Virus record (IMG/VR): IMGVR_UViG_3300037461_000718
Span: 1 to 43,290 of that record
From: a virus
Direction: 5' to 3' (one strand)
DNA: 43,290 nucleotides
Shown here: piece by piece, positions 17,595 to 24,921 of the stretch
Position numbering within the stretch: the first letter of the stretch is position 1
How the letters are laid out: every line of letters begins with the position of its first letter
The notes under the pieces: model-generated
What the model saw: the letters and a program-made list of their open reading frames with translations, nothing else
Databases searched by the model: none
Told to the model about the DNA's origin: nothing
Made by a program: the position numbers and the translations under genes

Positions 17595-20207
17595 ATGTAT
17601 GAACTCAAAACCAACACTGCTGTTAGGATAGCCGTTGGTCCGTTGGTTGACCCAACCGACTTCAAGACTGCGGAAACGGGACTTACGGTTACCGGTCTGG
17701 TTGTCGAGATATACCAAATGGACGGCACTGGTGGAGGTGCGGTAACACGAGCCTCATTCAGTCCAACCGCTTCCGGCGGCAACAACGACATGATCCACAT
17801 CTCCAGTGATACTGCCGGTATGTATGACTTGGAGTTGACTGCATCACAACTCAACTGGTTGGGAAGCGGCAGGATTACGTTCTACGACATTGATGGGTTT
17901 ATCGTTCACTGGATCGATATCCAGGTGGTCAGTGCGGCCTATTATGACTGGAAATATGGTTCCACAATCCCCAATGTCAATGTGACCCAGATTTCTGGAG
18001 ATGGCACGGCAGCGGACAACCTTGAAAGCTACTGCGATGGTACTACTCCGATCCCTGCCAATGCCACGCAGATTTCCGGGGATGCCGCGGCAGCCGACAA
18101 TGCCGAATCCTTCTTCGATGGAACAGGCTATGCTGGGACCAACAATGTTATCCCCACGGTCACGGCCTCCGGGCTATCGGCGGCTGCCGTGGATGCAATA
18201 TGGGACGAAGTGGTGACGTCCGGGCATGCTACAGCCGGATCAGCCGGGAAGCTCATGGGAGACAACCTCAATGCTCCCGTGGCAACCGTGGATACCGTAG
18301 TCGACGGGATAGCCACGCAGATCGGAGCCGCCGGCGCAGGTCTTAGCGCGGTTCCGTGGAATGCCGCATGGGATGCCGAAGTGGAGAGCGAGGCGAACGA
18401 CGCGCTTGTAGCTCTCAATCTCGATCATCTGTGCAAGGTCGCCACGGCCGGCGCGGACATGACCACCGAGGTGGTTGATAATTCCATCCTGTCCCGCGTA
18501 TTGGCCAATGGGGACACGTCGGCATTTGACCCCTCAACCGATGCACTTCAGCTCGTGCGGGATGAGATTGTGGTGATTGACGGCATAGTAGATGCCATCC
18601 TTGTGGACACGGGCACAACCCTGGACGGTAAAATAGACACCATCGATGGCAATGTGGACTCGATCCTCGCCGACACCAACGAACTCCAGACGGATTGGCA
18701 CGACGGCGGCCGGTTGGATCTGCTCCTCGATGGAGCATCGGCGCCAAGCGCGGCTGATGTAGCCGACGCGGTGTGGGATGAGGCTTTGGCGGGTCATGCA
18801 GGGGCGGGTAGTGCCGGCGAAGCATTGGCTGCGGCTGGAACGGCTGGCGACCCCTGGACAACAGCTTTGCCGGGGGCTTACGGAGCCGGTACGGCCGGCA
18901 AGATTGTCGGGGATAACCTCAATGCCCCGGTGGCCACGGTCGACACAGTTGTTGATGGGATATACACGGCGGTTGTGACCAATGCCGCCGGCGCGGACGT
19001 TGCCGCCGATATTATCGCTCTTAAGGCCGTGGCGGACGATATCCTTACCGATACGGGGACGACTCTGGACGGTAAAATCAATACGATAGACGACTTCCTT
19101 GACACCGAAGTTGCGGCTATCCTGGCGGATACGAATGAGCTGCAAACAGACCTCACGAACGGCGGCCGTCTTGACCTGCTGATTGACGCCATCAAAGCCA
19201 AGACCGACAACCTGCCTGCGTCTCCGGCCGCTGTTGGCTCGGCCATGACGCTTGCCAACGGGGCGATTACCGCCGCCGTGATTGCCACGGACGCCATCGA
19301 TGCCGATGCTTTGGCTACGGATGCGGTGACGGAAATCAAGAATGCCGTTGCGGATCAGGTGTGGGATGAGGCGGCCACTGGGCACACCGACGCCGGTAAG
19401 GCGGGGGCCCAGCTCTGGACGGATATTGATGCGATTCTGGAAGACACCGGGACCACATTACCCGCGGCAATTGACGCAGTGCCCACAGCCGCCGAAATCC
19501 AAGCGGAGATCGAGGAGAATGGAGCGAGCCTGCTGGATACCATCAGAGACACCCTTGGCACCGCGGGGGCAGGATTGACCGCGGTCCCGTGGAACGCTGT
19601 CTGGGATGCCGAGGTGCAATCCGAGTGCACTGACGCCCTCAACGCTTACGATCCACCAACAAAGGCCGAGATGGACACGGCAATCGATGCGATTCCAACA
19701 GTGGCCGAGATCAAGACGGGGATGGAGGCGGCAGGAGGCCATTTGGCTCTTATCCTGGAGGATACCGGGACGACCCTCGACGGGAAGCTTAACACGATTG
19801 ATGATTTTCTGGACACGGAGGTCGCCGCCATTCTGGCTGACACCAATGAACTCCAGACGGATTGGGTTAATGGAGGAAGACTGGATCTGCTGATAGACGC
19901 GATCAAGGCCGTGCTCGATAAGCTCGACACTTCAATGGAGCTGGATGGCGCGGTGTACCGGTTCACGGCCAACGCCCTCGAGGAGGGGGCATCTGGTGCG
20001 GCAACCTCCATATTTTCGACCGTGGTTGAAGGCGCAATGACATTCGAGGGAGCCATGCGGCTGTTACTGTCTCTTATCGCCGGCAAAGCCTCCGGAGGCG
20101 GGACAACCACCGTCGTTTTCAGGGATATCGGAGATACGAAAAATCGTATTACACTGACGGTTGACGCCAAGGGCAATCGGTCCGCGGTCGTAACCAACGT
20201 CAGCTAA
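17595..20207 (+). CDS. Repeat-rich tail fibre protein
   Basis: 870 aa, Ala/Asp/Thr/Gly-rich. There are three copies of DTGTTLDGKI.TID..(V/L)D..(I/V)...ILADTNELQTD...GGRLDLL, two of GDNLNAPVATVDTVVDGI and two of GAGL.AVPWNA.WDAEV.SE. Confidence 0.6.
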   Translation: MYELKTNTAVRIAVGPLVDPTDFKTAETGLTVTGLVVEIYQMDGTGGGAVTRASFSPTASGGNNDMIHISSDTAGMYDLELTASQLNWLGSGRITFYDIDGFIVHWIDIQVVSAAYYDWKYGSTIPNVNVTQISGDGTAADNLESYCDGTTPIPANATQISGDAAAADNAESFFDGTGYAGTNNVIPTVTASGLSAAAVDAIWDEVVTSGHATAGSAGKLMGDNLNAPVATVDTVVDGIATQIGAAGAGLSAVPWNAAWDAEVESEANDALVALNLDHLCKVATAGADMTTEVVDNSILSRVLANGDTSAFDPSTDALQLVRDEIVVIDGIVDAILVDTGTTLDGKIDTIDGNVDSILADTNELQTDWHDGGRLDLLLDGASAPSAADVADAVWDEALAGHAGAGSAGEALAAAGTAGDPWTTALPGAYGAGTAGKIVGDNLNAPVATVDTVVDGIYTAVVTNAAGADVAADIIALKAVADDILTDTGTTLDGKINTIDDFLDTEVAAILADTNELQTDLTNGGRLDLLIDAIKAKTDNLPASPAAVGSAMTLANGAITAAVIATDAIDADALATDAVTEIKNAVADQVWDEAATGHTDAGKAGAQLWTDIDAILEDTGTTLPAAIDAVPTAAEIQAEIEENGASLLDTIRDTLGTAGAGLTAVPWNAVWDAEVQSECTDALNAYDPPTKAEMDTAIDAIPTVAEIKTGMEAAGGHLALILEDTGTTLDGKLNTIDDFLDTEVAAILADTNELQTDWVNGGRLDLLIDAIKAVLDKLDTSMELDGAVYRFTANALEEGASGAATSIFSTVVEGAMTFEGAMRLLLSLIAGKASGGGTTTVVFRDIGDTKNRITLTVDAKGNRSAVVTNVS

Positions 20208-20217
20208 AGGAGGGAGC

Positions 20218-20463
20218 ATGGAACCGGGGACATGGCCTCTTAGGGCTCATCCCGACCTATCGTTTCCATCACTGTCGTTTCCGACCTGGGGAGCATTCTT
20301 CTTCCTCGGTTGGATTGCCGGAAGCATGGCGTCGATATCCCTGGAGCGATCGGAGACCTGGGCGACGGAGAGCAGGATTGTATTGTGCGACGACTCCGCC
20401 AGGTCGGAGGTGTTTGACATGACATCGCGGGTTTGCGTGTGGACGGAGGTTACGCCATTATGA
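20218..20463 (+). CDS. Hypothetical protein
   Basis: 81-aa ORF with a strong RBS (aaggaggga) 2 nt upstream of the ATG. No recognisable motif. Confidence 0.3.
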   Translation: MEPGTWPLRAHPDLSFPSLSFPTWGAFFFLGWIAGSMASISLERSETWATESRIVLCDDSARSEVFDMTSRVCVWTEVTPL

Positions 20464-20768
20464 CGCTGAATGAAGCCTCGACGGGATACCTTAATATTGC
20501 ACTGCTGGATAAGAACGGCGATCCGGCAATTCCGACTACCCTTTCCTACTCGATCCAGTGCCTGACAAATGGCCAGGAAGTTCGAGCATCAACGGCCCTT
20601 ACTCCCGGGACAACGGCCGAGATAACGGTCACGCCTTCGGATAATGCCATCATCGACGACTCGAACGCCTACGAGACGAGGCGTATTATTGTAACGGCGG
20701 TGTATGGCGCTGATGACGAGCTGGTGAGTTATTACGACTACACGGTGAAGAACTTGAGTGTGGCGTGA
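20460..20768 (+). CDS. Hypothetical beta-rich protein, last gene of the late block
   Basis: The ATG at 20460 overlaps the previous stop (ATGA). 102 aa. Confidence 0.45.
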   Translation: MTLNEASTGYLNIALLDKNGDPAIPTTLSYSIQCLTNGQEVRASTALTPGTTAEITVTPSDNAIIDDSNAYETRRIIVTAVYGADDELVSYYDYTVKNLSVA

Positions 20769-20790
20769 AACAATATATTGTTTTCGAAGG

Positions 20791-20835
20791 TGGTGGAGAT
20801 GAACGGGATCGAACCGTCGGCCTCAGCCTTGCGAA
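20791..20835 (-). other. attP core: 3' 45 nt of a tRNA (Ala-CGC-like), not a complete tRNA gene
   Basis: The minus strand reads TTCGCAA-GGCTG-AGGCC-GACGG-TTCGATC-CCGTT-CATCTCC-A-CCA. That is an anticodon loop, 3' anticodon stem, variable loop, full T arm, 3' acceptor strand, discriminator and CCA. No D arm or 5' acceptor strand lies upstream. It is 64 bp from the integrase stop. Confidence 0.7.
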
Positions 20836-20899
20836 GTGGACGCCAAGTGGATTAAGTGTCCGTGCTTATTCGATGTTTAATGGTGTGGTCCTGACAATA

Positions 20900-21970
20900 C
20901 TATTGTTTGTTGCTTGGCGCCACTTTTGGCATCAGGCCAACCACGTTCCGATGCTGGTCCCGGGTGACGTGCTGATAAATTCTTAGGGTCGTGTCGGGCC
21001 GTGAGTGGCCGAGTACTTCCGAGACTGCCTTGAGATCCCCGCCGGCGCGCAAGGTACCGGTAGCAAAAGCGTGACGCAGATCGTACAGCCGGATCCTTCG
21101 TGTGATTCCGGCTCTTTTTTTGGCCATGGCCCAAGCTCGTTTGAGCGACTGGACCGGGTGCCCCGACCACGAGACGACGGCCAGGCTCCATACGTTGTCC
21201 CCTGCCCTCTCTTTATCCTCTTCAAGCCACCTCTGCAGCTTCCCCTGCAGGTCGGGGTGAATCGGAATCAGGCGGATGGACGGGCCCCCTTTGTGGGCGC
21301 TGCGGATCCGCAGCTCCCGGTTGACGAAATCAACGTCCTCCCATTTTAGCGCGCGCAGCTCCCCGCCCGGCCGGATCCCCGTGTGCCAGTGGATCATGAT
21401 GGCGCGAACAAGGTGCGGTTCGGCGTGGGACATGATCCGCTGCAGCTCCTTCACGGTGGGAGGCACGGGAATGGAATCAACGTCGGCCAGGGTCTTGACC
21501 TTGTACCTGGCAATGCCGTTGCGGTAGATCAGCGGCGGGTCCTGCGCCTGACACCAGGAATACACCGCTTTCAGGAGGCGAATTTCCGAAGAGATGGTTG
21601 TACGTTTAATTCCACCGTCTAGCCGATTTTTAACGTACAAGTCGAGGTCGCGGGTGGCGAGCAGGTCCGCCGGGATCTTGCCGAGGGCCGGAACCAGGTG
21701 CCTGGTGAACTTGTACCAGTGGTTCAGATGTGTCTTTTCTGCCACGGTATGGCGTTCGTAGTATTCGTGGCAGACATCTTCGACGGACATTCCGGGCTGA
21801 GCCGGCCTGGCCTTGCCCCGGTATTCCTTGAGTTCCTTGTCGTAGGTTACGGCGCGAAGGTAGGCCGCCGGGCCTGATCCGAACGTCTTGCGCTTCTGGC
21901 GGCGATCCTCTCCGGATCCCTCGTACCAGACGACGATGTGTTTCCCGTTCGGAAGGGTGTGGACGGACAC
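20900..21970 (-). CDS. int: Tyrosine-type site-specific integrase
   Basis: 356 aa. C-terminal catalytic region HDLRHAFATGTLRAGGDLKAVSEVLGHSRPDTTLRIYQHV (R...H-x-x-R...Y). GTG start 4 nt after the hicA stop. Confidence 0.9.
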   Translation of the reverse strand: MSVHTLPNGKHIVVWYEGSGEDRRQKRKTFGSGPAAYLRAVTYDKELKEYRGKARPAQPGMSVEDVCHEYYERHTVAEKTHLNHWYKFTRHLVPALGKIPADLLATRDLDLYVKNRLDGGIKRTTISSEIRLLKAVYSWCQAQDPPLIYRNGIARYKVKTLADVDSIPVPPTVKELQRIMSHAEPHLVRAIMIHWHTGIRPGGELRALKWEDVDFVNRELRIRSAHKGGPSIRLIPIHPDLQGKLQRWLEEDKERAGDNVWSLAVVSWSGHPVQSLKRAWAMAKKRAGITRRIRLYDLRHAFATGTLRAGGDLKAVSEVLGHSRPDTTLRIYQHVTRDQHRNVVGLMPKVAPSNKQ

Positions 21971-21974
21971 TTGT

Positions 21975-22205
21975 TTAGCATTCGCTCAAATATTGGAAAT
22001 ACTCTTCCCGGGTCATCCCGGCGCTTCTCATGTTCGAGAGAATAATGTCAGGGTCAATTTCCCTGTAGGTGGGTATGATCACCGGCCGGAGGCATCCCGG
22101 CTTGGCGTAACTGCGGTGGCTTCCTTCCTGGCGTTCAAACATGAAACCGGCCTTAAGGAAAATGCACTCGAGTGTTTTCCAGTGAACCGGGGTTATGCGT
22201 GGCAA
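21975..22205 (-). CDS. hicA: HicA-family toxin (mRNA interferase)
   Basis: 76 aa. WKTLECIFLKAGFMFERQEGSHRSY.....VIIP....IDPDIILSNMRSAGMTREEY matches the HicA/YcfA pattern. Confidence 0.85.
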   Translation of the reverse strand: MPRITPVHWKTLECIFLKAGFMFERQEGSHRSYAKPGCLRPVIIPTYREIDPDIILSNMRSAGMTREEYFQYLSEC

Positions 22206-22507
22206 TCCCGAGAATCCGAAAATCGAGAAAGGAGGTGCAGTGGAATGTCGATCTGTTCATCTTCGTATTCGACGCCAGGTTCGGTGGTTAACGAGAAACC
22301 ACACTGTTTCAGGACTGCATCCAGCGTTCCGCGTTCCATGCAGGATCTCAGGAACAGATAGAGGGCTTCCCCGATATTCTTTCTGGCTTCGGCTTCCGTT
22401 TCGCCCTGGGTCACCACATCAAGCGCCGAACATCTTGAAATGTAAAGATTGCCCTTCTTTTCCAGTTTGATCGGCAGCTTTACGGTGATTTCCATTCTGG
22501 CCTGCAT
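22193..22507 (-). CDS. hicB: HicB-family antitoxin (UPF0150-type domain only)
   Basis: 104 aa. LYISRCSALDVVTQGETEAEARKNIGEALYLFL is the HicB-like core. It overlaps hicA by 13 nt. Confidence 0.8.
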   Translation of the reverse strand: MQARMEITVKLPIKLEKKGNLYISRCSALDVVTQGETEAEARKNIGEALYLFLRSCMERGTLDAVLKQCGFSLTTEPGVEYEDEQIDIPLHLLSRFSDSRDCHA

Positions 22508-22523
22508 CGCCTCGTCCTCATGT

Positions 22524-23237
22524 TTAAGCCAGTGCGGACACGATTTCTTTTTGAATCAACTCCACCTGGCCGATCGGGTCCTTGGCTTTGCTGATCGGGC
22601 GCCCGACCACGATGTAATCCGCTCCATCACGGATGGCATCCATGGCCGTAACGATCCGCTTTTGATCATCGTCCTGGAGGATATCCCTGTTAACGCCCGG
22701 GCGGATTCCGGGTGTCACAATAAGGAAGTTGTCTCCCAGTTCCGATCTTAGTCTTCTGGCTTCCATCCCCGAGGAGATAACGCCGTCACATCCTTTTTTC
22801 AGGGCTCTCTTGGCTCTTGCCAGCACAAAATCTTCGATCTCTATTTCATGACCGAACATCTCGACCATGTCTTCCTTGCCGAAAGAGGTGAGGACGGTTA
22901 CGGCCAGGATCTTCACTCCGTCCTTGGCTGCTACGGCAGCTTCAAGTATCGGGTCGTTGCCGTGCACGGTGGCAAAGGTCACTCCTCTGCCGCCCAACTG
23001 TTTCACCGCCAGGCCGACGGTTTCAGGGATATCGAAGAATTTGAGGTCAACCATCACTTTGTGCCCGCGCCCCACGATCCATTCTATGACCGGGAACCAC
23101 CCCGCGAGAAAGAGCTGCAGGCCCACCTTGTAAAACTTCACATGGGATTCCAACCGCTCGACCCATTCTTTGGCCAGATCAACGGAATCCACGTCAAGCG
23201 CGTAGATGAGGCGTTCGTTAAGCGGAATATCTTTCAT
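22524..23237 (-). CDS. pyrF: Orotidine 5'-phosphate decarboxylase
   Basis: 237 aa. All remembered hallmarks are present: ALDV, KVG..LF, VMVDLKFFDIPETV (D-x-K-x-x-D), ATVHG, VTVLTS, IVTPGIRP, DDQKR and YIVVGRPI. Confidence 0.9.
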   Translation of the reverse strand: MKDIPLNERLIYALDVDSVDLAKEWVERLESHVKFYKVGLQLFLAGWFPVIEWIVGRGHKVMVDLKFFDIPETVGLAVKQLGGRGVTFATVHGNDPILEAAVAAKDGVKILAVTVLTSFGKEDMVEMFGHEIEIEDFVLARAKRALKKGCDGVISSGMEARRLRSELGDNFLIVTPGIRPGVNRDILQDDDQKRIVTAMDAIRDGADYIVVGRPISKAKDPIGQVELIQKEIVSALA

Positions 23238-23259
23238 GGCTGTCTCTCCATCCAGACAT

Positions 23260-23301
23260 CTTAAACCTTAAAATCCGCCCATCGTCAACGGCAAAATCCA
23301 C
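23260..23301 (-). promoter_or_regulatory. Cassette promoter copy 1 (upstream of pyrF) containing the conserved 18-bp element
   Basis: The coding strand reads GTGGATTTTGCCGTTGACG, then 17 nt, then TTTAAG. It lies 23 nt upstream of the pyrF ATG. The element is shared with 24230-24247 and 24904-24921. Confidence 0.45.
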
Positions 23302-23344
23302 ACGGAAACCAACCGCGCCTTTCCACCCAACAGAGGGGGCTTTT

Positions 23345-23614
23345 CTATGGATCTATCTTGATGTCTTGGACTATGACTCTATGACCATCTATTGTGTAGC
23401 GGAAAATTATCGATTCCACGGTGTGGAATGAGAGAGAATGCTTGTAGAGGTAGGTGAAATTCTCCCCTCCGGACACGTGAAATCCCTTGTGTGCCTCTTT
23501 GGTCAGATACCATTTTGCGGCCATGAAGGCTCGGTCGGCGTCCGGGTGGACCGACTTTGCAGCCAGCAGTTTTCCTTCGGCCTTTGGACTGAGCTCAACC
23601 GTTCGCAGAAGCAT
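23345..23614 (-). CDS. 89-aa unassigned protein, candidate toxin partner of the Panacea antitoxin (RelE/ParE-like C-terminal pattern)
   Basis: The ATG at 23614 overlaps the upstream PanA-like gene by 20 nt. The C-terminus is IIFRYTIDGHRVIVQDIKIDP. The 3' half is low in GC. Confidence 0.4.
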   Translation of the reverse strand: MLLRTVELSPKAEGKLLAAKSVHPDADRAFMAAKWYLTKEAHKGFHVSGGENFTYLYKHSLSFHTVESIIFRYTIDGHRVIVQDIKIDP

Positions 23615-24155
23615 CTTCGGCGATGGATTGACAGGCCCAGTCAATGTCGGACTGGTTTATTGGGGATGGATCACCGGCAAAAACAGTGAAGCAGGGGATC
23701 TCTTCGCCTATTTCGGCCAGTTCCCAGGCCCGGTTATGGCTCAGTGCGCTGATTGAAGCGGCGGTGTGCCCCTTGCAGACATCGTCGATGATGTCGTTTA
23801 CGGAACTGATTTCATCGGCCGTAAAACAAGATAGGTCCGGCTTCCTGATAGTGATGTATTCCTTCTTTGGGTAGCCGAAGTATTCAGCGTCTCTTACCTG
23901 GATCATCCCCGACGATTGTAAATCCCACAACACCGGCTCGATGTGTTTTGGCACTGGACCATAGTGGTGTTTTACATAGGTTTCCCCGGTGATCGTCCGG
24001 CCATGGGTGAGGTAATGCCAGATGTCTGAAAACCACAGGATTTTGTTCAGCTTCGTCGCCCCAAGCTCGTCCCTGTCGGCCTTGTAGCAGATGTAGTGAA
24101 CCAGGCATTTGAACTTGTCGGTCTGGAATTTCGGGGCTGGATCATCCACGCCCAA
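23595..24155 (-). CDS. panA: Panacea (DUF4065/SocA-like) domain antitoxin
   Basis: 186 aa. GATKLNKILWFSDIWHYLTHGRTITGETYVKHHYGPVPKHI matches the KL.KLLY..D.......G.P.TG..Y....GPVP core of the Panacea domain. Confidence 0.75.
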   Translation of the reverse strand: MGVDDPAPKFQTDKFKCLVHYICYKADRDELGATKLNKILWFSDIWHYLTHGRTITGETYVKHHYGPVPKHIEPVLWDLQSSGMIQVRDAEYFGYPKKEYITIRKPDLSCFTADEISSVNDIIDDVCKGHTAASISALSHNRAWELAEIGEEIPCFTVFAGDPSPINQSDIDWACQSIAEDASANG

Positions 24156-24204
24156 CCTCCTCTTTGGTTTCTTCTTTTTTGCTGCTCATCTCCCCTTTGA
24201 CATA

Positions 24205-24247
24205 AAAATAATCCGGTCTCATGGCCATCGTCAACGGCAAAATCTAC
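24205..24247 (-). promoter_or_regulatory. Cassette promoter copy 2 (upstream of the PanA gene)
   Basis: The coding strand reads GTAGATTTTGCCGTTGACG, then 17-18 nt, then TATTTT/TTATTT. It begins 3 nt before the DUF2335 gene stop. Confidence 0.45.
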
Positions 24248-24663
24248 CTGGAAAACATTCTGGCCTTTGCTTCGCGCTCATGGCGGCGGGATCTGGTTCC
24301 GTAAACAAAAGTTCCAACCAGACTGGTCAACCCGGCTCCACCCAACAACGTTCCAGCGATCTGATGGTCGTAAATAATGCAGATTACGGAGCCCGTTACC
24401 GTTGCCAACCCGAGGATAAAGGCAAACACCAACCCGAGTAGACTGTCGCGTTTCCCTTGCTTAACGACCATTGTTTCAAGCGATCGTCTATGGTCCCCCT
24501 GAACCTTAAATGCTTCCAGGATGATTTGAGCGGCACCGGGATAAACGGTGTTGTAGCGTTCCAGGATTTCGGGGGGCGGGATCGGGCCTGAGAAATGTTC
24601 TGCTCTTCTGATATTGACTTGGGTTTTCCGTGGGGATGAAGATGGTTTAATCTTCTTCGTCAT
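24244..24663 (-). CDS. DUF2335-type membrane protein
   Basis: 139 aa. FSGPIPPPEILERYNTVYPGAAQIILEAFKVQGDHRR matches my memory of DUF2335. Two C-terminal TM helices are present. It overlaps the upstream 68-aa ORF by 17 nt. Confidence 0.65.
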   Translation of the reverse strand: MTKKIKPSSSPRKTQVNIRRAEHFSGPIPPPEILERYNTVYPGAAQIILEAFKVQGDHRRSLETMVVKQGKRDSLLGLVFAFILGLATVTGSVICIIYDHQIAGTLLGGAGLTSLVGTFVYGTRSRRHEREAKARMFSR

Positions 24664-24853
24664 GGTCTGCAGCGAAAGATGACAGCGCCTGAACCATATC
24701 GGCTTTCACGGATTGCCAATCGAGCCGGATAGCCAGAGCGTCGGCCAGATCAGGGGTTGGGGATTCGTTGTAAACAGAAAGCGTTCCCCCGAGGTCGAGA
24801 GCCCTTGCCATTCCTTCAAGAAAGCTTGGCTTTGCAAAAAGATAATCCGTCAT
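24647..24853 (-). CDS. 68-aa acidic protein, upstream partner of the DUF2335 gene
   Basis: MTDYLFAKPSFLEGMARALDLGGTL...DEED. It is translationally coupled to the downstream gene. Confidence 0.5.
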   Translation of the reverse strand: MTDYLFAKPSFLEGMARALDLGGTLSVYNESPTPDLADALAIRLDWQSVKADMVQALSSFAADHDEED

Positions 24854-24878
24854 TTTCGTATCCTTCCTGCTGCAAGTG

Positions 24879-24921
24879 AAGTAAACCCCTTTTCTCCAAG
24901 TGAGTCAACGGCAAAATCTAC
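24879..24921 (-). promoter_or_regulatory. Cassette promoter copy 3 (upstream of the 68-aa ORF)
   Basis: The coding strand reads GTAGATTTTGCCGTTGACT, then 17-18 nt, then TTACTT/TTTACT. It ends about 26 nt upstream of the ATG at 24853. Confidence 0.45.

Noticed and set aside
17595-20207. Diversity-generating retroelement (template/variable repeats) in the tail fibre
   Set aside because: No reverse transcriptase ORF is present anywhere in the genome. Differences between the repeats are overwhelmingly synonymous third-position changes and not adenine-specific substitutions.
20791-20875. A complete tRNA gene on the minus strand
   Set aside because: Only the anticodon-loop-to-CCA portion is tRNA-like. 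The upstream sequence (catcgaataagcacggacacttaatccacttggcgtccac on the tRNA strand) offers no D arm, no 5' anticodon-stem strand complementary to GGCTG, and no 5' acceptor strand.
20765-20986. 73-aa plus-strand ORF after the last tail gene
   Set aside because: It is read through the tRNA-fragment attP core and the 3' end of the integrase gene, and it has no RBS. The region is better explained as an attachment site.
22524-23237. pyrF as host contamination or a chimeric assembly
   Set aside because: It cannot be excluded without reads. I consider it unlikely, because the gene sits 1.6 kb inside the island, shares the repeated promoter element with two other phage cargo cassettes, and is packed 16 nt from hicB with an SD.
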